The translations under genes and the position numbers were made by a program. Positions 34,470 to 44,719 of a stretch of DNA of 61,399 nt are shown here, piece after piece. The stretch's first letter is position 1. Each line of letters starts with the position of its first letter. Under the pieces are notes generated by a model, which worked only from the letters and a program-made list of their open reading frames with translations, was not told the origin of the DNA and did no database searches. The DNA is from a virus (taxonomy: Duplodnaviria; Heunggongvirae; Uroviricota; Caudoviricetes): IMG/VR virus record IMGVR_UViG_3300035696_001272. One strand, given 5' to 3'.

Positions 34470-35639
34470 ATGGAATTATGGAAAGAATCAGAATTTGATG
34501 GGTCTAGACCCGATCTTACTGCACAATCTATTGGTGTCGTGCCGCTACTAAGAAGTCTCTTGGCGAAGAAGTATGGTCACCTATCTGAGTTTAGTGCTGA
34601 AGGTTATGTCAAAGTCGAGGCTGAGGGAGAGGATGAAGAGTTAGTGACCGTCACCCAAAAGTATTTTGATCTCATGGTTAAAAAAGGTGGACGCCTGATT
34701 CATCGCACCGTGGCTGATAGTGGTGATAGTGGAATTTTCCTTTGGGATAATGGTGTTGCTGAACTAGATTGTTCAACTAATTATGTAAGCGTTCATGCCT
34801 ATTCCACTGATGAAAAATTCATCCGTGATCTAAAAGACCACTTTGATACCCAATGGACTATTCCCGAAAGAACAGGCCATATCTACGCTATCGTCAAGCA
34901 AGGATTTGGACTTGGTTTGAGCAGCATCGGTAATGCCGGTATTGCTTTGGTGGATGGAAACTACACAGACAAAGTGTTGGAAGATTACAAATTTGCTATC
35001 CATGATCTGAAAACTGCGGCTCCTTCTGGACGAATCGTCATTATGAAGGGTCCTCCTGGCACAGGAAAGACTCACTTGATCCGAGCTATGTTACTGGAAG
35101 TTCCAGATGCCATGTTCGTTTTGATCGCTCCAGATGTGGTTGGCAACATAGCTGGACCTGACCTTCTTCCATTGTTAATGTCACATCGTGGTGGCACTAC
35201 TGGACCAATTGTGTTAATTTTGGAAGATGCTGACAAGTGCTTGGTCAGTCGTAACGAAGAATCTGAGAACATGAGCCTCATTCAATCTTTGTTGAATTTG
35301 GGCGATGGTATTTTAGGATCTCTGCTAGACTTGCGCATTGTAGCTACCACTAACGCTGATGAATTCAAAATGGATCCAGCAATTTTGCGTCCTGGTCGTT
35401 TGAGCAAAATGTTGGATGTCAGTCTTTTGGATTTCAAAACTGCCAAAGGCATTTTCACTAGATTGCTGCCGGACGCAAAACAGTTTCCTGAAAAATTACA
35501 ACGAGATAATTCACAGCATCCCCTGCAAATTACGCTAGCTGAGGTATACTCGCTTGCTCGTAAGGCTGGTTGGGAGCCGGGACTTCGAGAAGTGGAAGAT
35601 GAAGAATCCACTGAAGAATCTGAAGACTTCGATATTTGA
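34470..35639 (+). CDS. AAA+ ATPase
   Basis: GPPGTGKT, LILEDAD, TTN, AILRPGRL. Confidence 0.9.
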   Translation: MELWKESEFDGSRPDLTAQSIGVVPLLRSLLAKKYGHLSEFSAEGYVKVEAEGEDEELVTVTQKYFDLMVKKGGRLIHRTVADSGDSGIFLWDNGVAELDCSTNYVSVHAYSTDEKFIRDLKDHFDTQWTIPERTGHIYAIVKQGFGLGLSSIGNAGIALVDGNYTDKVLEDYKFAIHDLKTAAPSGRIVIMKGPPGTGKTHLIRAMLLEVPDAMFVLIAPDVVGNIAGPDLLPLLMSHRGGTTGPIVLILEDADKCLVSRNEESENMSLIQSLLNLGDGILGSLLDLRIVATTNADEFKMDPAILRPGRLSKMLDVSLLDFKTAKGIFTRLLPDAKQFPEKLQRDNSQHPLQITLAEVYSLARKAGWEPGLREVEDEESTEESEDFDI

Positions 35640-35693
35640 TGTGAATATTTTCGCATTGGTGTGTAGTCCATTCTGGATTACCAGGAGATACCT

Positions 35694-35927
35694 ATGCAAC
35701 AAGGTGAATTAATCGTAACTGGGAAAGATCAGGCAGTCATTCCACTTAACAGCTTTCCAAGTGAAGTTAAGGCTCACTTCATAGATGAACTGGAACTAGT
35801 GCCTTGCAATCCACATAACTCTGATACTTTAGAGTATGAAGTAACCTCTACAAGCCAAGGAGTTTCTTTGGTGATTCGCTGGAGCGTCACTGGCGTTCGC
35901 GAAATCAAATGGCACGCATCTTACTAA
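35694..35927 (+). CDS. small hypothetical protein (tandem paralog 1)
   Basis: MQ.G.L.VTG...VPCNPH...GVREI.W shared with the next ORF. Confidence 0.8.
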   Translation: MQQGELIVTGKDQAVIPLNSFPSEVKAHFIDELELVPCNPHNSDTLEYEVTSTSQGVSLVIRWSVTGVREIKWHASY

Positions 35928-35936
35928 GGACGATGT

Positions 35937-36215
35937 ATGCAATCAGGAAACTTAACCGTAACCGGAAATAATTCAGTTCGTATACCATTACTTGGTAGAC
36001 CGCGTGAAGTGTTCTGTCATTTCAGACATGAACATGAACCAGTTCCATGTAATCCACATCATCAAGATCACTTAGAGTACAAGGTTGAATCTGTAGATGA
36101 AGATTTACATATTCATATAAGAATTGATCATCATCACCATGATCGACAATTCGTTCTTGTTATAAAGTGGAATGTTGTTGGCGTGCGCGAAATCGAGTGG
36201 CTCGTAGTATATTAA
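35937..36215 (+). CDS. small His-rich hypothetical protein (tandem paralog 2)
   Basis: Same motifs as the previous ORF plus His runs. Confidence 0.8.
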   Translation: MQSGNLTVTGNNSVRIPLLGRPREVFCHFRHEHEPVPCNPHHQDHLEYKVESVDEDLHIHIRIDHHHHDRQFVLVIKWNVVGVREIEWLVVY

Positions 36216-36226
36216 GTGAATCATAA

Positions 36227-37192
36227 ATGAAAGTTCTAGTATATGGATGGTATAACCAATTAAATATTGGTGATGACTTCTTCGTTGAAGCATTTCAACA
36301 TCTATTTCCAGAATTTGAGTTTGTGTTCTATGATGCTATCAACTCAGAAAAATTACAGAATATTGATGCCGTCTTCTTCGGAGGCGGCTCTTTTCTTTTG
36401 AGCTGTCCCAATATCACTAATGATGCTCTAGAAAAGATCAAATCAAAGAAAATTTTCTATCTTGGAGTTGGTGTAGAAGCCGAAATTCATCCAGTTCATT
36501 TAGAACTAATGAGTATTGCACAACTGATTGCAACTCGTTCTCAAGATCAAGTTGATAGAGTAAAAGCAATAAACCCAAATACTATGTGGATTCCAGATCT
36601 GGTTTATTGTCTTCAATCCAAAGTTCAATCATCGCCCAAGTTGGATAACTCTGTTTTAGTAATACCTAATTGTCTGGTGATTCCTCAAAACTTGGATCCC
36701 TACTGGAGACATTCTGCTTGGTTGCATTTCAAATCAGAATTTAGTCAATTTTTGGATTGGCTTATCGAAAAAGAATACCAAGTCAATTTTTTGTCACTAT
36801 GCCACGGTCAAGAAACAGAAGATGATTGGGCTGCCAGTGAGTTGATTGGATCTATGAATCGACGAAATAAACATTTTTTAATCCAAGATCCAATTAAAAA
36901 TATTGAACAGGTTACATCGCTAATTTCACAATATAACTTTGTTGTAACACAAAGGTTTCATGGCATTATTTTATCCGAGATGACCAGGACACCTTACATC
37001 AATTTACACCACCATGACAAGCTTAAATTTTGCCAACCATGTGAAGGTCGTTTGATTTCTTATTACAATTGTTCTAAACAAAACTTCATTGATGTATTTC
37101 GTTTAACAATTAACATGAAATTCCACAATAGTCTACCAATAGAATCAGATATCTTTGAGACATTAAAGAAAGAGGTGTTAGGTCTCATATGA
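36227..37192 (+). CDS. polysaccharide pyruvyl transferase family protein
   Basis: GWYNQLNIGDD, GGGS, GVGV, TR...PDL, RFHGIIL. Confidence 0.85.
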   Translation: MKVLVYGWYNQLNIGDDFFVEAFQHLFPEFEFVFYDAINSEKLQNIDAVFFGGGSFLLSCPNITNDALEKIKSKKIFYLGVGVEAEIHPVHLELMSIAQLIATRSQDQVDRVKAINPNTMWIPDLVYCLQSKVQSSPKLDNSVLVIPNCLVIPQNLDPYWRHSAWLHFKSEFSQFLDWLIEKEYQVNFLSLCHGQETEDDWAASELIGSMNRRNKHFLIQDPIKNIEQVTSLISQYNFVVTQRFHGIILSEMTRTPYINLHHHDKLKFCQPCEGRLISYYNCSKQNFIDVFRLTINMKFHNSLPIESDIFETLKKEVLGLI

Positions 37193-37204
37193 TGGCTGGT
37201 GTTC

Positions 37205-38485
37205 ATGGCGCGATTTGTTGGAGTTAGACACAACCGTATTTGTGTGGTGTCAGATAATCAATTCAATAATGATGGGCTGGATATCATTGAAATTCCGCCC
37301 GAATTATCACATATTTCCCCTTCGGGACTTATCACGTCTTGTATTATCAAAGACGGCAAAGTATGTTGCAAAAATTCTAGAAAAGCAACCAGCCAGATTA
37401 AGTTAGCTCTCGTAGGCAATTGGAAGATGAGGTGTGGAATCGCTACCTATTCTGAGAGTCTGTGGCCACAAGTTGCTAAGCATGTCCAGGATTTCAAGCT
37501 CTTCATTGAGAAAAATGAAGTCAGTACTGGTGACATTCATCAATTCGGTTGCTGTACACTTTCTGACTCACAAGTAGTTACTTGTTGGGAACGTGGTAAG
37601 TCTTTACAAGATTTAGTCAAGGCTTTGAAAGAATACGACCCAGATGTCATTTGGTTTCAGCATGAGTTCGGTCTATGGCCCAATGCCAGTTACTGGTTGG
37701 CCATGATGAATCAACTTGCTGAGTACAGAGTTGTGGTTACGATGCATTCTGTCTTTCATCACCGAGACAAAACTATTGTGGAAGCAGCCATGCCAGAAAT
37801 TGTAGTTCATTTAGAGGGTGGACGCAAACTTTTGAAAGAAGAGAAGGGTGTCTCTGGTAAAGTGTATGTTATTCCTCATGGATGTGATGAGTTTAACAAA
37901 GAACGACTTTGGAACTTCTACAAGACGGAAAAAACTTTTATGCAGTTTGGTTTTGGTTTCCGTTACAAAGGTTGGGAAAATTCCATTAAGGCTGTTGGCA
38001 TTCTCAAAGAAAAATATCCCGATGTTTTCTTCACTGGACTTTTTTCAGAATCACCATACGCCAAAGTGGAGCATCAAGTTTACTACAACGAGCTGATGGA
38101 TCTTGTTGAGAAGCTCGGTCTGCAAGAAAATGTGTCCATACTGCGTGGATTTCAATCAGATGCTGTGATAGATAGTTTCTTGCGCACCAATCAAGCTACC
38201 CTCTTTCCATATGTTTCTCATCCAGAACACGAAGTGTTTGGTGCATCAGGCGCTGCCCGCATGGCTATGTCTAAAGGCTTGCCTGTAATCACCTCTTCCG
38301 TCAATCATTTCTCAGATTTGCCGACTATCAAGGCCGATACTCCTCAAGAAATTGCTGACGCTCTGGAAATGCTATTTACCAATTCTGATGCCAAGCAAAA
38401 ACAAATTCAGGCTCAAACTAGCTATCTATCGGATAATACTTGGGAAAAAATTGGTTTGCGCTATATTGACCTCTTCGAGAAATGA
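37205..38485 (+). CDS. GT-B (GT4-like) glycosyltransferase
   Basis: CGIATY, IWFQHEFG, VIPHG, FGFGFRYKGWE, SGAARMAM. Confidence 0.85.
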   Translation: MARFVGVRHNRICVVSDNQFNNDGLDIIEIPPELSHISPSGLITSCIIKDGKVCCKNSRKATSQIKLALVGNWKMRCGIATYSESLWPQVAKHVQDFKLFIEKNEVSTGDIHQFGCCTLSDSQVVTCWERGKSLQDLVKALKEYDPDVIWFQHEFGLWPNASYWLAMMNQLAEYRVVVTMHSVFHHRDKTIVEAAMPEIVVHLEGGRKLLKEEKGVSGKVYVIPHGCDEFNKERLWNFYKTEKTFMQFGFGFRYKGWENSIKAVGILKEKYPDVFFTGLFSESPYAKVEHQVYYNELMDLVEKLGLQENVSILRGFQSDAVIDSFLRTNQATLFPYVSHPEHEVFGASGAARMAMSKGLPVITSSVNHFSDLPTIKADTPQEIADALEMLFTNSDAKQKQIQAQTSYLSDNTWEKIGLRYIDLFEK

Positions 38486-38564
38486 AATTACTGATAAAAA
38501 ACGATATGATCTATGAAATTAATGATATATACGGTGTTGACAACCAATTTACGAGGAGCAAAGC

Positions 38565-39581
38565 ATGTCACACCAAAATTACACACTAGAAATCGTTAGT
38601 CACCACTCTCAATTCAATAACAAAACTCTACGCAAATATTATGTAGATGGAATTGACACAGTGGGCGTATGGGGCAACGAACCATTTGAAATTCGTTTCA
38701 AGAACAACACGTTCCAAAAGATTCAAGTCAAAATTACTCTAGATGGTACCGATATTCTTACCGGCAAGCCAGCCGACACTAAAGTTTCCAAAGATATGTG
38801 GGTAGTCAATGGATACGGCACACTCAATCTAAAAGCTTGGCCAGAAGACAACAACGGAGGAGCCGGATTTGTTTTTACAAGCGCTGATAACAGTGTAGCA
38901 GTTCATACTCATGGAGATTTGTCTAGCCGTGGAATTATCGCAGCTGCCGTCTTTACTGAAGGTCACGTGGAGCCATACAAGCCATCTCCGGTAATCCTTC
39001 GTGAAGAACATCATCACTGGCCGTCCTATCCAACGTACCCAGTTTATCCTGTTTATCCTGTCAACCCTTATAGCCCAATCTGGATTTACCAAAATGGCGT
39101 AAGTTACAATGCAGGCACCAATGTAGGTGGAACTAGATCACGACAAACATTGGGCGGCAACTCTATTGACAGCTCTACCATTACTAGCAGCATTTCCAAC
39201 ACAAGTACTTCTGGAACTTTCAGCTGCGATATAAATGACAGCAGCATAACTTGCAATTACTTGTCCGATGCACAACCAGTAAGCGCATCTTTAGAAAGTT
39301 TGGTTTCTGTTGGAGCTGGCGAGCATGTCGATCAAAAGATTACATATGTGGCAGGTTTGATTAAGCCAGTCTTTGCCGAAACAGTTAGAGTAAAGTATCT
39401 CTGGTGGGACGACTTGGTAACCAAGCTTCGCACTGAGACATCAGCTAAACCACAACCATCTGGTTTTCCAGGCAGTGACAATCAAAAGAATATAGATTTG
39501 AGAGGAACTCCACGTATTGGAGATAAGAAAGGTTCGTTCCGTAGAACAGAACAACCACAGCAAGTTTTTGACAGATTCTAA
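38565..39581 (+). CDS. hypothetical protein with low-complexity YPV and Ser/Thr linker
   Basis: GAGGAG SD, 338 aa. Confidence 0.8.
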   Translation: MSHQNYTLEIVSHHSQFNNKTLRKYYVDGIDTVGVWGNEPFEIRFKNNTFQKIQVKITLDGTDILTGKPADTKVSKDMWVVNGYGTLNLKAWPEDNNGGAGFVFTSADNSVAVHTHGDLSSRGIIAAAVFTEGHVEPYKPSPVILREEHHHWPSYPTYPVYPVYPVNPYSPIWIYQNGVSYNAGTNVGGTRSRQTLGGNSIDSSTITSSISNTSTSGTFSCDINDSSITCNYLSDAQPVSASLESLVSVGAGEHVDQKITYVAGLIKPVFAETVRVKYLWWDDLVTKLRTETSAKPQPSGFPGSDNQKNIDLRGTPRIGDKKGSFRRTEQPQQVFDRF

Positions 39582-39602
39582 ACGAATTGTCAGATTATTT
39601 TG

Positions 39603-39644
39603 AACGGAATGAGGAATTTACTTTCTCATTCCGTTTTTTGTTTT
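39603..39644 (+). terminator. intrinsic terminator
   Basis: AACGGAATGAG/CTCATTCCGTT 11-bp stem then T-run. Confidence 0.85.
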
Positions 39645-39655
39645 GGGGACGCCCC

Positions 39656-39683
39656 TTGACAAGCCTTTCGTAGAAATTACAAT
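39656..39683 (+). promoter_or_regulatory. sigma70-like promoter
   Basis: TTGACA-N16-TACAAT. Confidence 0.75.
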
Positions 39684-39704
39684 AGAGGCGACGAGGAAAG
39701 AACT

Positions 39705-39854
39705 ATGCTTTTTATGTGGATATTGCTAGCGGTTTTGAATGGTTATTTTGCCATGACTTCCTGGCCACAACCATTTGCGGTTATTAACCTTGTATTTTTT
39801 GGTTGGTCTGTTTATCGTGTTTGGCAAATTGTTGCTCCAAAACTAAAGAAGTAA
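39705..39854 (+). CDS. 49-aa two-TM membrane protein (not in ORF track)
   Basis: GAGG SD; MLFMWILLAVLNGYFAMTSWPQPFAVINLVFFGWSVYRVWQIVAPKLKK. Confidence 0.65.
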   Translation: MLFMWILLAVLNGYFAMTSWPQPFAVINLVFFGWSVYRVWQIVAPKLKK

Positions 39855-39859
39855 TACAA

Positions 39860-40510
39860 ATGGATCTTATGAAGCATTTCAAGGGAACCGGCCTCAAAGA
39901 AGGTGAAATTGCAGTCAGCCAAAATGATTTCGGTTGGTTGGTCGAATCCTATATTAGACAAGCGCTACGCCCACGATTCGGTTATGATTTAGAGCAGATT
40001 GTGGCTTCACTACGTAAGTGGTGGCCCAAGTTAGAAGGTTATTATCAGCGTCACATCATGTGTGATATTGAAGTGGCCATTCTGTTGGACGAGGATGGTC
40101 TTCCTGATCGCGAATTGGAGCGTAAAGATTTATGGGTGCAATTTGTCAAGGATTTTCGCCCACCTAAGGCTGCATTCACAGTTGATTATCATTGTCACAA
40201 ATGTAAACAACGAGATGTCAAGCTTTGGCGTGGTGTGCATGGATGTGCAGATAGTGAAGGCAATGAACTTCTTTGCGCCACTTGCCTTGCTCCTGATGTA
40301 AAAGTGGATGACGAAGGTAGATGGCAAGAGCCTCCCTATGAAACCAAGGATGCATACGGGAATGAGATACCTGGGCCTCGAACTGATCAAGTCAAAGGAT
40401 GGCTCCCTGCTATTCCTGTAGATGATACTTATTGGGGATACAGCAGTGTTCCGTCACAAGATGTCGAATGGTGGCGGGCGCTTCCAACTTATCCTGCCAA
40501 AAAGTTTTAG
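39860..40510 (+). CDS. hypothetical protein with Cys motifs
   Basis: ATG 39860; CHKC, CATC. Confidence 0.7.
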   Translation: MDLMKHFKGTGLKEGEIAVSQNDFGWLVESYIRQALRPRFGYDLEQIVASLRKWWPKLEGYYQRHIMCDIEVAILLDEDGLPDRELERKDLWVQFVKDFRPPKAAFTVDYHCHKCKQRDVKLWRGVHGCADSEGNELLCATCLAPDVKVDDEGRWQEPPYETKDAYGNEIPGPRTDQVKGWLPAIPVDDTYWGYSSVPSQDVEWWRALPTYPAKKF

Positions 40511-40577
40511 GCATAACGATATATGTAATTGTGAACCCAGAGAGGGTTCCTAAAAATTGACACACGGAGAGTGTAAT

Positions 40578-41594
40578 ATGAAATCATTTGATTTTTGTGT
40601 TTTTATTGGTCGTTTCCAACCATTCCATAATGCCCACAATATTTTGTTGCATGAGGCTTTAAATCAGGCAGATAACGTCATTGTTGTGCTCGGCGGTTTT
40701 AGAACTGCGTCCAACATTAAGAATCCCTGGCAAGCTGCTGATCGTGAAAAGATGATTCGAGATTCTCTCACTAGTGATGAGAACAAGCGCATCAAGTTTA
40801 TCACTGTGCGCGACTATTTGTACAACGATAACTTGTGGTTGACAGATTTACAAACGAAGGTAGACTTTCTCACCCAAAGTTCTGACAAGGTTGCTTTGAT
40901 TGGTCATGAGACTGATCGTAGTTCTTCGTACTTGAATCAATTTCCTCAATGGACACGAATTGATGTGAAGAACGTGGATAAGCATCCACATGCCACTGAT
41001 ATTCGTCAATTATATTTCACGCATGATGCGGCCTATAAGAAATATGTTCCCGATGGAACTGTCAAGTTCCTTGAAGATTTCAAGAAGAGTGAATCTTTCA
41101 AAAATCTGAAAGAAGAATATGATTTCTTACGAGCATATCGTGCTTCTTGGGATGGTGCTTCATTTGCTCCTACTTTCGTTACAGTAGATGCAGTGGTTAT
41201 CAAAAGTGGACATGTGTTAGCCGTTCGTCGTAAAGGAAATCCTGGTAAGGGTTTGATAGCTCTTCCTGGTGGATTTTTGAATCAATTTGAAAAGATTCAA
41301 GAAGGTATGCTGAGAGAGCTAAAAGAAGAAACGGCTATCAAGCTTTCCAAAGAAGAGCTACAAAAAGCTGTTCAAGATAGTCGAGTTTTCGATCATCCTG
41401 ACCGTTCTTTGAGAGGCAGAACTATTACTCATGCTTTCTTGGTAGACTTGAAAAGTGGTGCATTACCACAAGTTAAGGGCTCTGATGATGCTGATAAAGC
41501 ATGGTGGATGCCATTGAGCGAGTGTCATGATCGTGAAGAGGAGTTCTTCGAAGATCATTACCACATCATCTCTTACTTCGTCAATAAATTTTAA
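40578..41594 (+). CDS. nadM: bifunctional NMN adenylyltransferase / ADP-ribose pyrophosphatase (NadM-Nudix)
   Basis: FIGRFQPFHNAH plus Nudix box ALPGGF...RELKEET, FFEDH. Confidence 0.93.
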   Translation: MKSFDFCVFIGRFQPFHNAHNILLHEALNQADNVIVVLGGFRTASNIKNPWQAADREKMIRDSLTSDENKRIKFITVRDYLYNDNLWLTDLQTKVDFLTQSSDKVALIGHETDRSSSYLNQFPQWTRIDVKNVDKHPHATDIRQLYFTHDAAYKKYVPDGTVKFLEDFKKSESFKNLKEEYDFLRAYRASWDGASFAPTFVTVDAVVIKSGHVLAVRRKGNPGKGLIALPGGFLNQFEKIQEGMLRELKEETAIKLSKEELQKAVQDSRVFDHPDRSLRGRTITHAFLVDLKSGALPQVKGSDDADKAWWMPLSECHDREEEFFEDHYHIISYFVNKF

Positions 41595-41605
41595 TGGGGG
41601 TAATC

Positions 41606-41812
41606 ATGAGCAACTATGTATGTTCAGTTTGTGGTGCGGCTGCTTATTACGATGGACGTTGTGGTGACGGTCCAGTGTTATTGTGCAAGTGTGATGAGGG
41701 GCAATGGGTCAATGATGGACGAGGTGGTTACTACACCAATCCTAGAAATGCCCAACCAATTCTATCTGAAAATTATTCAGACCCCAATGGCGATTGGGAT
41801 GACAGGAGATAA
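41606..41812 (+). CDS. small Cys-containing hypothetical protein
   Basis: CSVC, CxC; GGGG upstream. Confidence 0.6.
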   Translation: MSNYVCSVCGAAAYYDGRCGDGPVLLCKCDEGQWVNDGRGGYYTNPRNAQPILSENYSDPNGDWDDRR

Positions 41813-41814
41813 CC

Positions 41815-42084
41815 ATGAATAAGGTAGAGGTTTACAGTAATTGGTGTTATGTAGATCAGTTAGATGGTAAAACGCTAGAGGACGGCGAAAAGATTAGAGT
41901 TCAATGGCCCAATGGCAAAAAAACTCAAGAAAGTGTTGTTGTTAAGAAACACAGCTACATGATAAGCGATATGGGGTCACCATGGGAAGTTTGGGTAAGC
42001 GAAGCCTATGTCAACGCCTCTATTCATGGAGCGCAGAGCTTGGTCCGTCTAACTGGTGACGGCATTTTGTGTGAAAGGGTTTAA
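41815..42084 (+). CDS. hypothetical protein
   Basis: AGGAG SD, 89 aa. Confidence 0.65.
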   Translation: MNKVEVYSNWCYVDQLDGKTLEDGEKIRVQWPNGKKTQESVVVKKHSYMISDMGSPWEVWVSEAYVNASIHGAQSLVRLTGDGILCERV

Positions 42085-42125
42085 CCTTCTCAGAGAGAGA
42101 AGTTAATTAATACGGAGAGTATATT

Positions 42126-43601
42126 ATGAAAACGGATATTGAAAACATCATTATTGATACAGACAGTTACAAGTCAAGTCACTATTTACAGTACCCGCCT
42201 GGTACAACGTCAATGTTTAGTTACATTGAATCCCGTGGTGGAGAGTACAACAAGACGGTCTTCTTTGGTTTGCAATACTACATCAAAAAGTATTTGACCC
42301 ACAAAGTTACTGTTAAAGAGGTCAAGGAAGCTAAGGAATTTTTCGAAGCTCATGGTGAGCCCTTCAACTATGAAGGATGGATGTACATTGCCAAGAAGCT
42401 CAAGGGAAAGATTCCGGTTCGTATTCGAGCTGTTCCTGAAGGTAGCGTTGTACCTACGCATAACATTTTAGTCAGTATTGAATCCACTGATCCCAAAGTC
42501 TTTTGGGTAGTTTCCTGGATTGAAACGATGCTACTTAGGGTCTGGTATCCTATCACAGTGGCAACCAGGAGTCACAAAATTAGACAGATCATTTTAGAAG
42601 CCTTGCAAGTCTCGGCAGATGATCCAGAAGCAGAAATCAATTTCAAACTGCATGACTTCGGAAGTCGAGGCGTTTCAAGCCAAGAGTCTGCAATGATTGG
42701 TGGAGCTGCTCATTTGGTAAACTTTATGGGTTCGGATACTGTAGTTGGTGTTCGCTGCGCCAACAAGTTCTACAATTCCAAGATGGCCGCTTTCAGTATT
42801 CCAGCAATGGAACACAGTTCAGTTACTTCTTGGGGTCGTGAGAATGAGGCGGAAGCCTACCGTAACATGCTCCAAAAGACCGGCAAGCCCGGTGGTTTGG
42901 TAGCCTGTGTCAGCGATTCTTACAACCTTTGGAATGCTTGTTCTCAACTATGGGGCGAGCAACTCAAAGAGGAAGTCATCAAGTCTGGAGCCACTGTGGT
43001 CATCCGACCTGACTCTGGAAATCCTCCTGCTGTTGTGTTACGTACTGCACAATTGCTTGAAGAAAAGTTTGGCGTCACTGTCAACAAAAAGGGATATAAA
43101 GTCCTTAACAACGTTAGGATTATCCAGGGAGATGGCATCAATGAACACTCTATTCAAGAAATTCTTAACAACTTGATGGATCATAACTACAGTGCTAGCA
43201 ACATTGCATTTGGTATGGGTGGAGCTTTGCTACAGCAACTCAATCGTGATACGCAAAAGTTTGCCATGAAGTGCAGCCACATCTATCGTCAAGTTGATGG
43301 TCGACGTATCTCCGTGGATGTTTACAAGGATCCAGTTACTGACCATGGAAAAGTTTCTAAGGCTGGTCGCTTGGATTTGATTCGGGACACTGCTGGCAAT
43401 TATCAAACTGTCTCTTTGGCACTCTTCAAGCCAGGAGATATCTCTGCGGCACAGCAAGCCCATTACGAAGCTTCTGGTACTCAGATGCATTTCGATTCTT
43501 CTGCTAGAAGCGTTATGCGAACAGTTTATGAGAATGGTAAGGTTTTGGTGGATGACGATTTGGATTCCATCCGAGCCCGAGCTAAGGGAGAATTAGTATG
43601 A
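42126..43601 (+). CDS. nadV: nicotinamide phosphoribosyltransferase (NAMPT)
   Basis: DTDSYKSSH, LHDFGSRG, IPAMEHS, VSDSY, IRPDSG, QGDG, FGMGGALLQ. Confidence 0.95.
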   Translation: MKTDIENIIIDTDSYKSSHYLQYPPGTTSMFSYIESRGGEYNKTVFFGLQYYIKKYLTHKVTVKEVKEAKEFFEAHGEPFNYEGWMYIAKKLKGKIPVRIRAVPEGSVVPTHNILVSIESTDPKVFWVVSWIETMLLRVWYPITVATRSHKIRQIILEALQVSADDPEAEINFKLHDFGSRGVSSQESAMIGGAAHLVNFMGSDTVVGVRCANKFYNSKMAAFSIPAMEHSSVTSWGRENEAEAYRNMLQKTGKPGGLVACVSDSYNLWNACSQLWGEQLKEEVIKSGATVVIRPDSGNPPAVVLRTAQLLEEKFGVTVNKKGYKVLNNVRIIQGDGINEHSIQEILNNLMDHNYSASNIAFGMGGALLQQLNRDTQKFAMKCSHIYRQVDGRRISVDVYKDPVTDHGKVSKAGRLDLIRDTAGNYQTVSLALFKPGDISAAQQAHYEASGTQMHFDSSARSVMRTVYENGKVLVDDDLDSIRARAKGELV

Positions 43602-43873
43602 AAATCATTAAGCAGATAGACACGTCTGGTTGGCGGTTTCATACTGTTTGTGATAAGTGCGAAACTGAATTAGAGGCCGACTCTAGTGATGTTGTTTACA
43701 ATCATTATGCTGGCGATCAAAGAGAGCCTTACTCATATGAGACTTATCACATTGTATGTCCAGTTTGTACTGGTCACATAACTGTCCCCAAAGACAAAAT
43801 GTCAAAGGCGTTGCAGCTTCAAATCCAAAAGAAAATGTCAAAACCTCCTTATGGTGGACCATTCGATAGATGA
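43598..43873 (+). CDS. zinc-ribbon hypothetical protein
   Basis: CDKC...CPVC. Confidence 0.7.
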   Translation: MKIIKQIDTSGWRFHTVCDKCETELEADSSDVVYNHYAGDQREPYSYETYHIVCPVCTGHITVPKDKMSKALQLQIQKKMSKPPYGGPFDR

Positions 43874-44436
43874 TTTATGCCGTAAGTTTCAAGCATAAAA
43901 TTCCTGATGGTGTTTTGTCCATGGATGTGACTTCTAGGTCTAGTACATGGGGAAGACATTTCAGTCCATTCAATTTGGGGCCGGTAGACCTCTACGATGG
44001 ATATGTAGCGAAAAACATTGAGAATGCTTTTCAGTTCTCTAGAGTATACGCCGAATATTCTACAGTAGATGAGCTGCCGGCTCCTCACTATTGGGAGTGG
44101 GCCAAGGCTGGTTGGGATAATCCAAAACCCATTAAGTATCCATTGGGCGCTTGGAATAAGCATTTGTACCATTGGTGGGATGGTAAGAAGCTTTCTAATT
44201 TAGAAGCCCAAAATCAAATATTCCTACCACTTTATAAGAAAGCAGTTCTGAAGACTCCAGCATTTGAGAAACTCAAGCTCTTTTATGAAAATTCGAAGCA
44301 AGATATCTATTTGATTGATTTTGAAGGATATGATCACCGATTTCTGGGTAAGACTTGGGATGATGTGATTAACAACATTGATATGCCAGTAGGGCAAGCT
44401 TTTGCTCTTTGCATGATTTTAGAGGGATATTTATGA
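43870..44436 (+). CDS. hypothetical protein, DUF6939-like (paralog A)
   Basis: DVTS...SPF...NIENAFQFSRVY; closely resembles 44720..45283. Confidence 0.7.
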   Translation: MIYAVSFKHKIPDGVLSMDVTSRSSTWGRHFSPFNLGPVDLYDGYVAKNIENAFQFSRVYAEYSTVDELPAPHYWEWAKAGWDNPKPIKYPLGAWNKHLYHWWDGKKLSNLEAQNQIFLPLYKKAVLKTPAFEKLKLFYENSKQDIYLIDFEGYDHRFLGKTWDDVINNIDMPVGQAFALCMILEGYL

Positions 44437-44717
44437 GACCAAAATTATATATTGCTACCAAAAATTTGAGTGTTATGTTTCTTCTCGAAGATGGAAAAAA
44501 TTTAGAACGCGAGGCTCGTCATTTTCTACATGAAGAAGATAAAAATTGTGTTCCTGGTCGAATAGTGATAAAGGAAGTGACATCGTTGGATGATGTTCCT
44601 ACAGAGTGGATGAATGCTTGTCTTTGGGGAACTGACGATGAAATTACTCCAGAACAATTCTTGGGAGACGATGAGTACAAAGAATATTTGCGCCTCAAGA
44701 AAAAGTTCGAGGCATAA
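44433..44717 (+). CDS. hypothetical protein
   Basis: ATGA coupling, ends EYLRLKKKFE. Confidence 0.7.
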   Translation: MRPKLYIATKNLSVMFLLEDGKNLEREARHFLHEEDKNCVPGRIVIKEVTSLDDVPTEWMNACLWGTDDEITPEQFLGDDEYKEYLRLKKKFEA

Positions 44718-44719
44718 GT

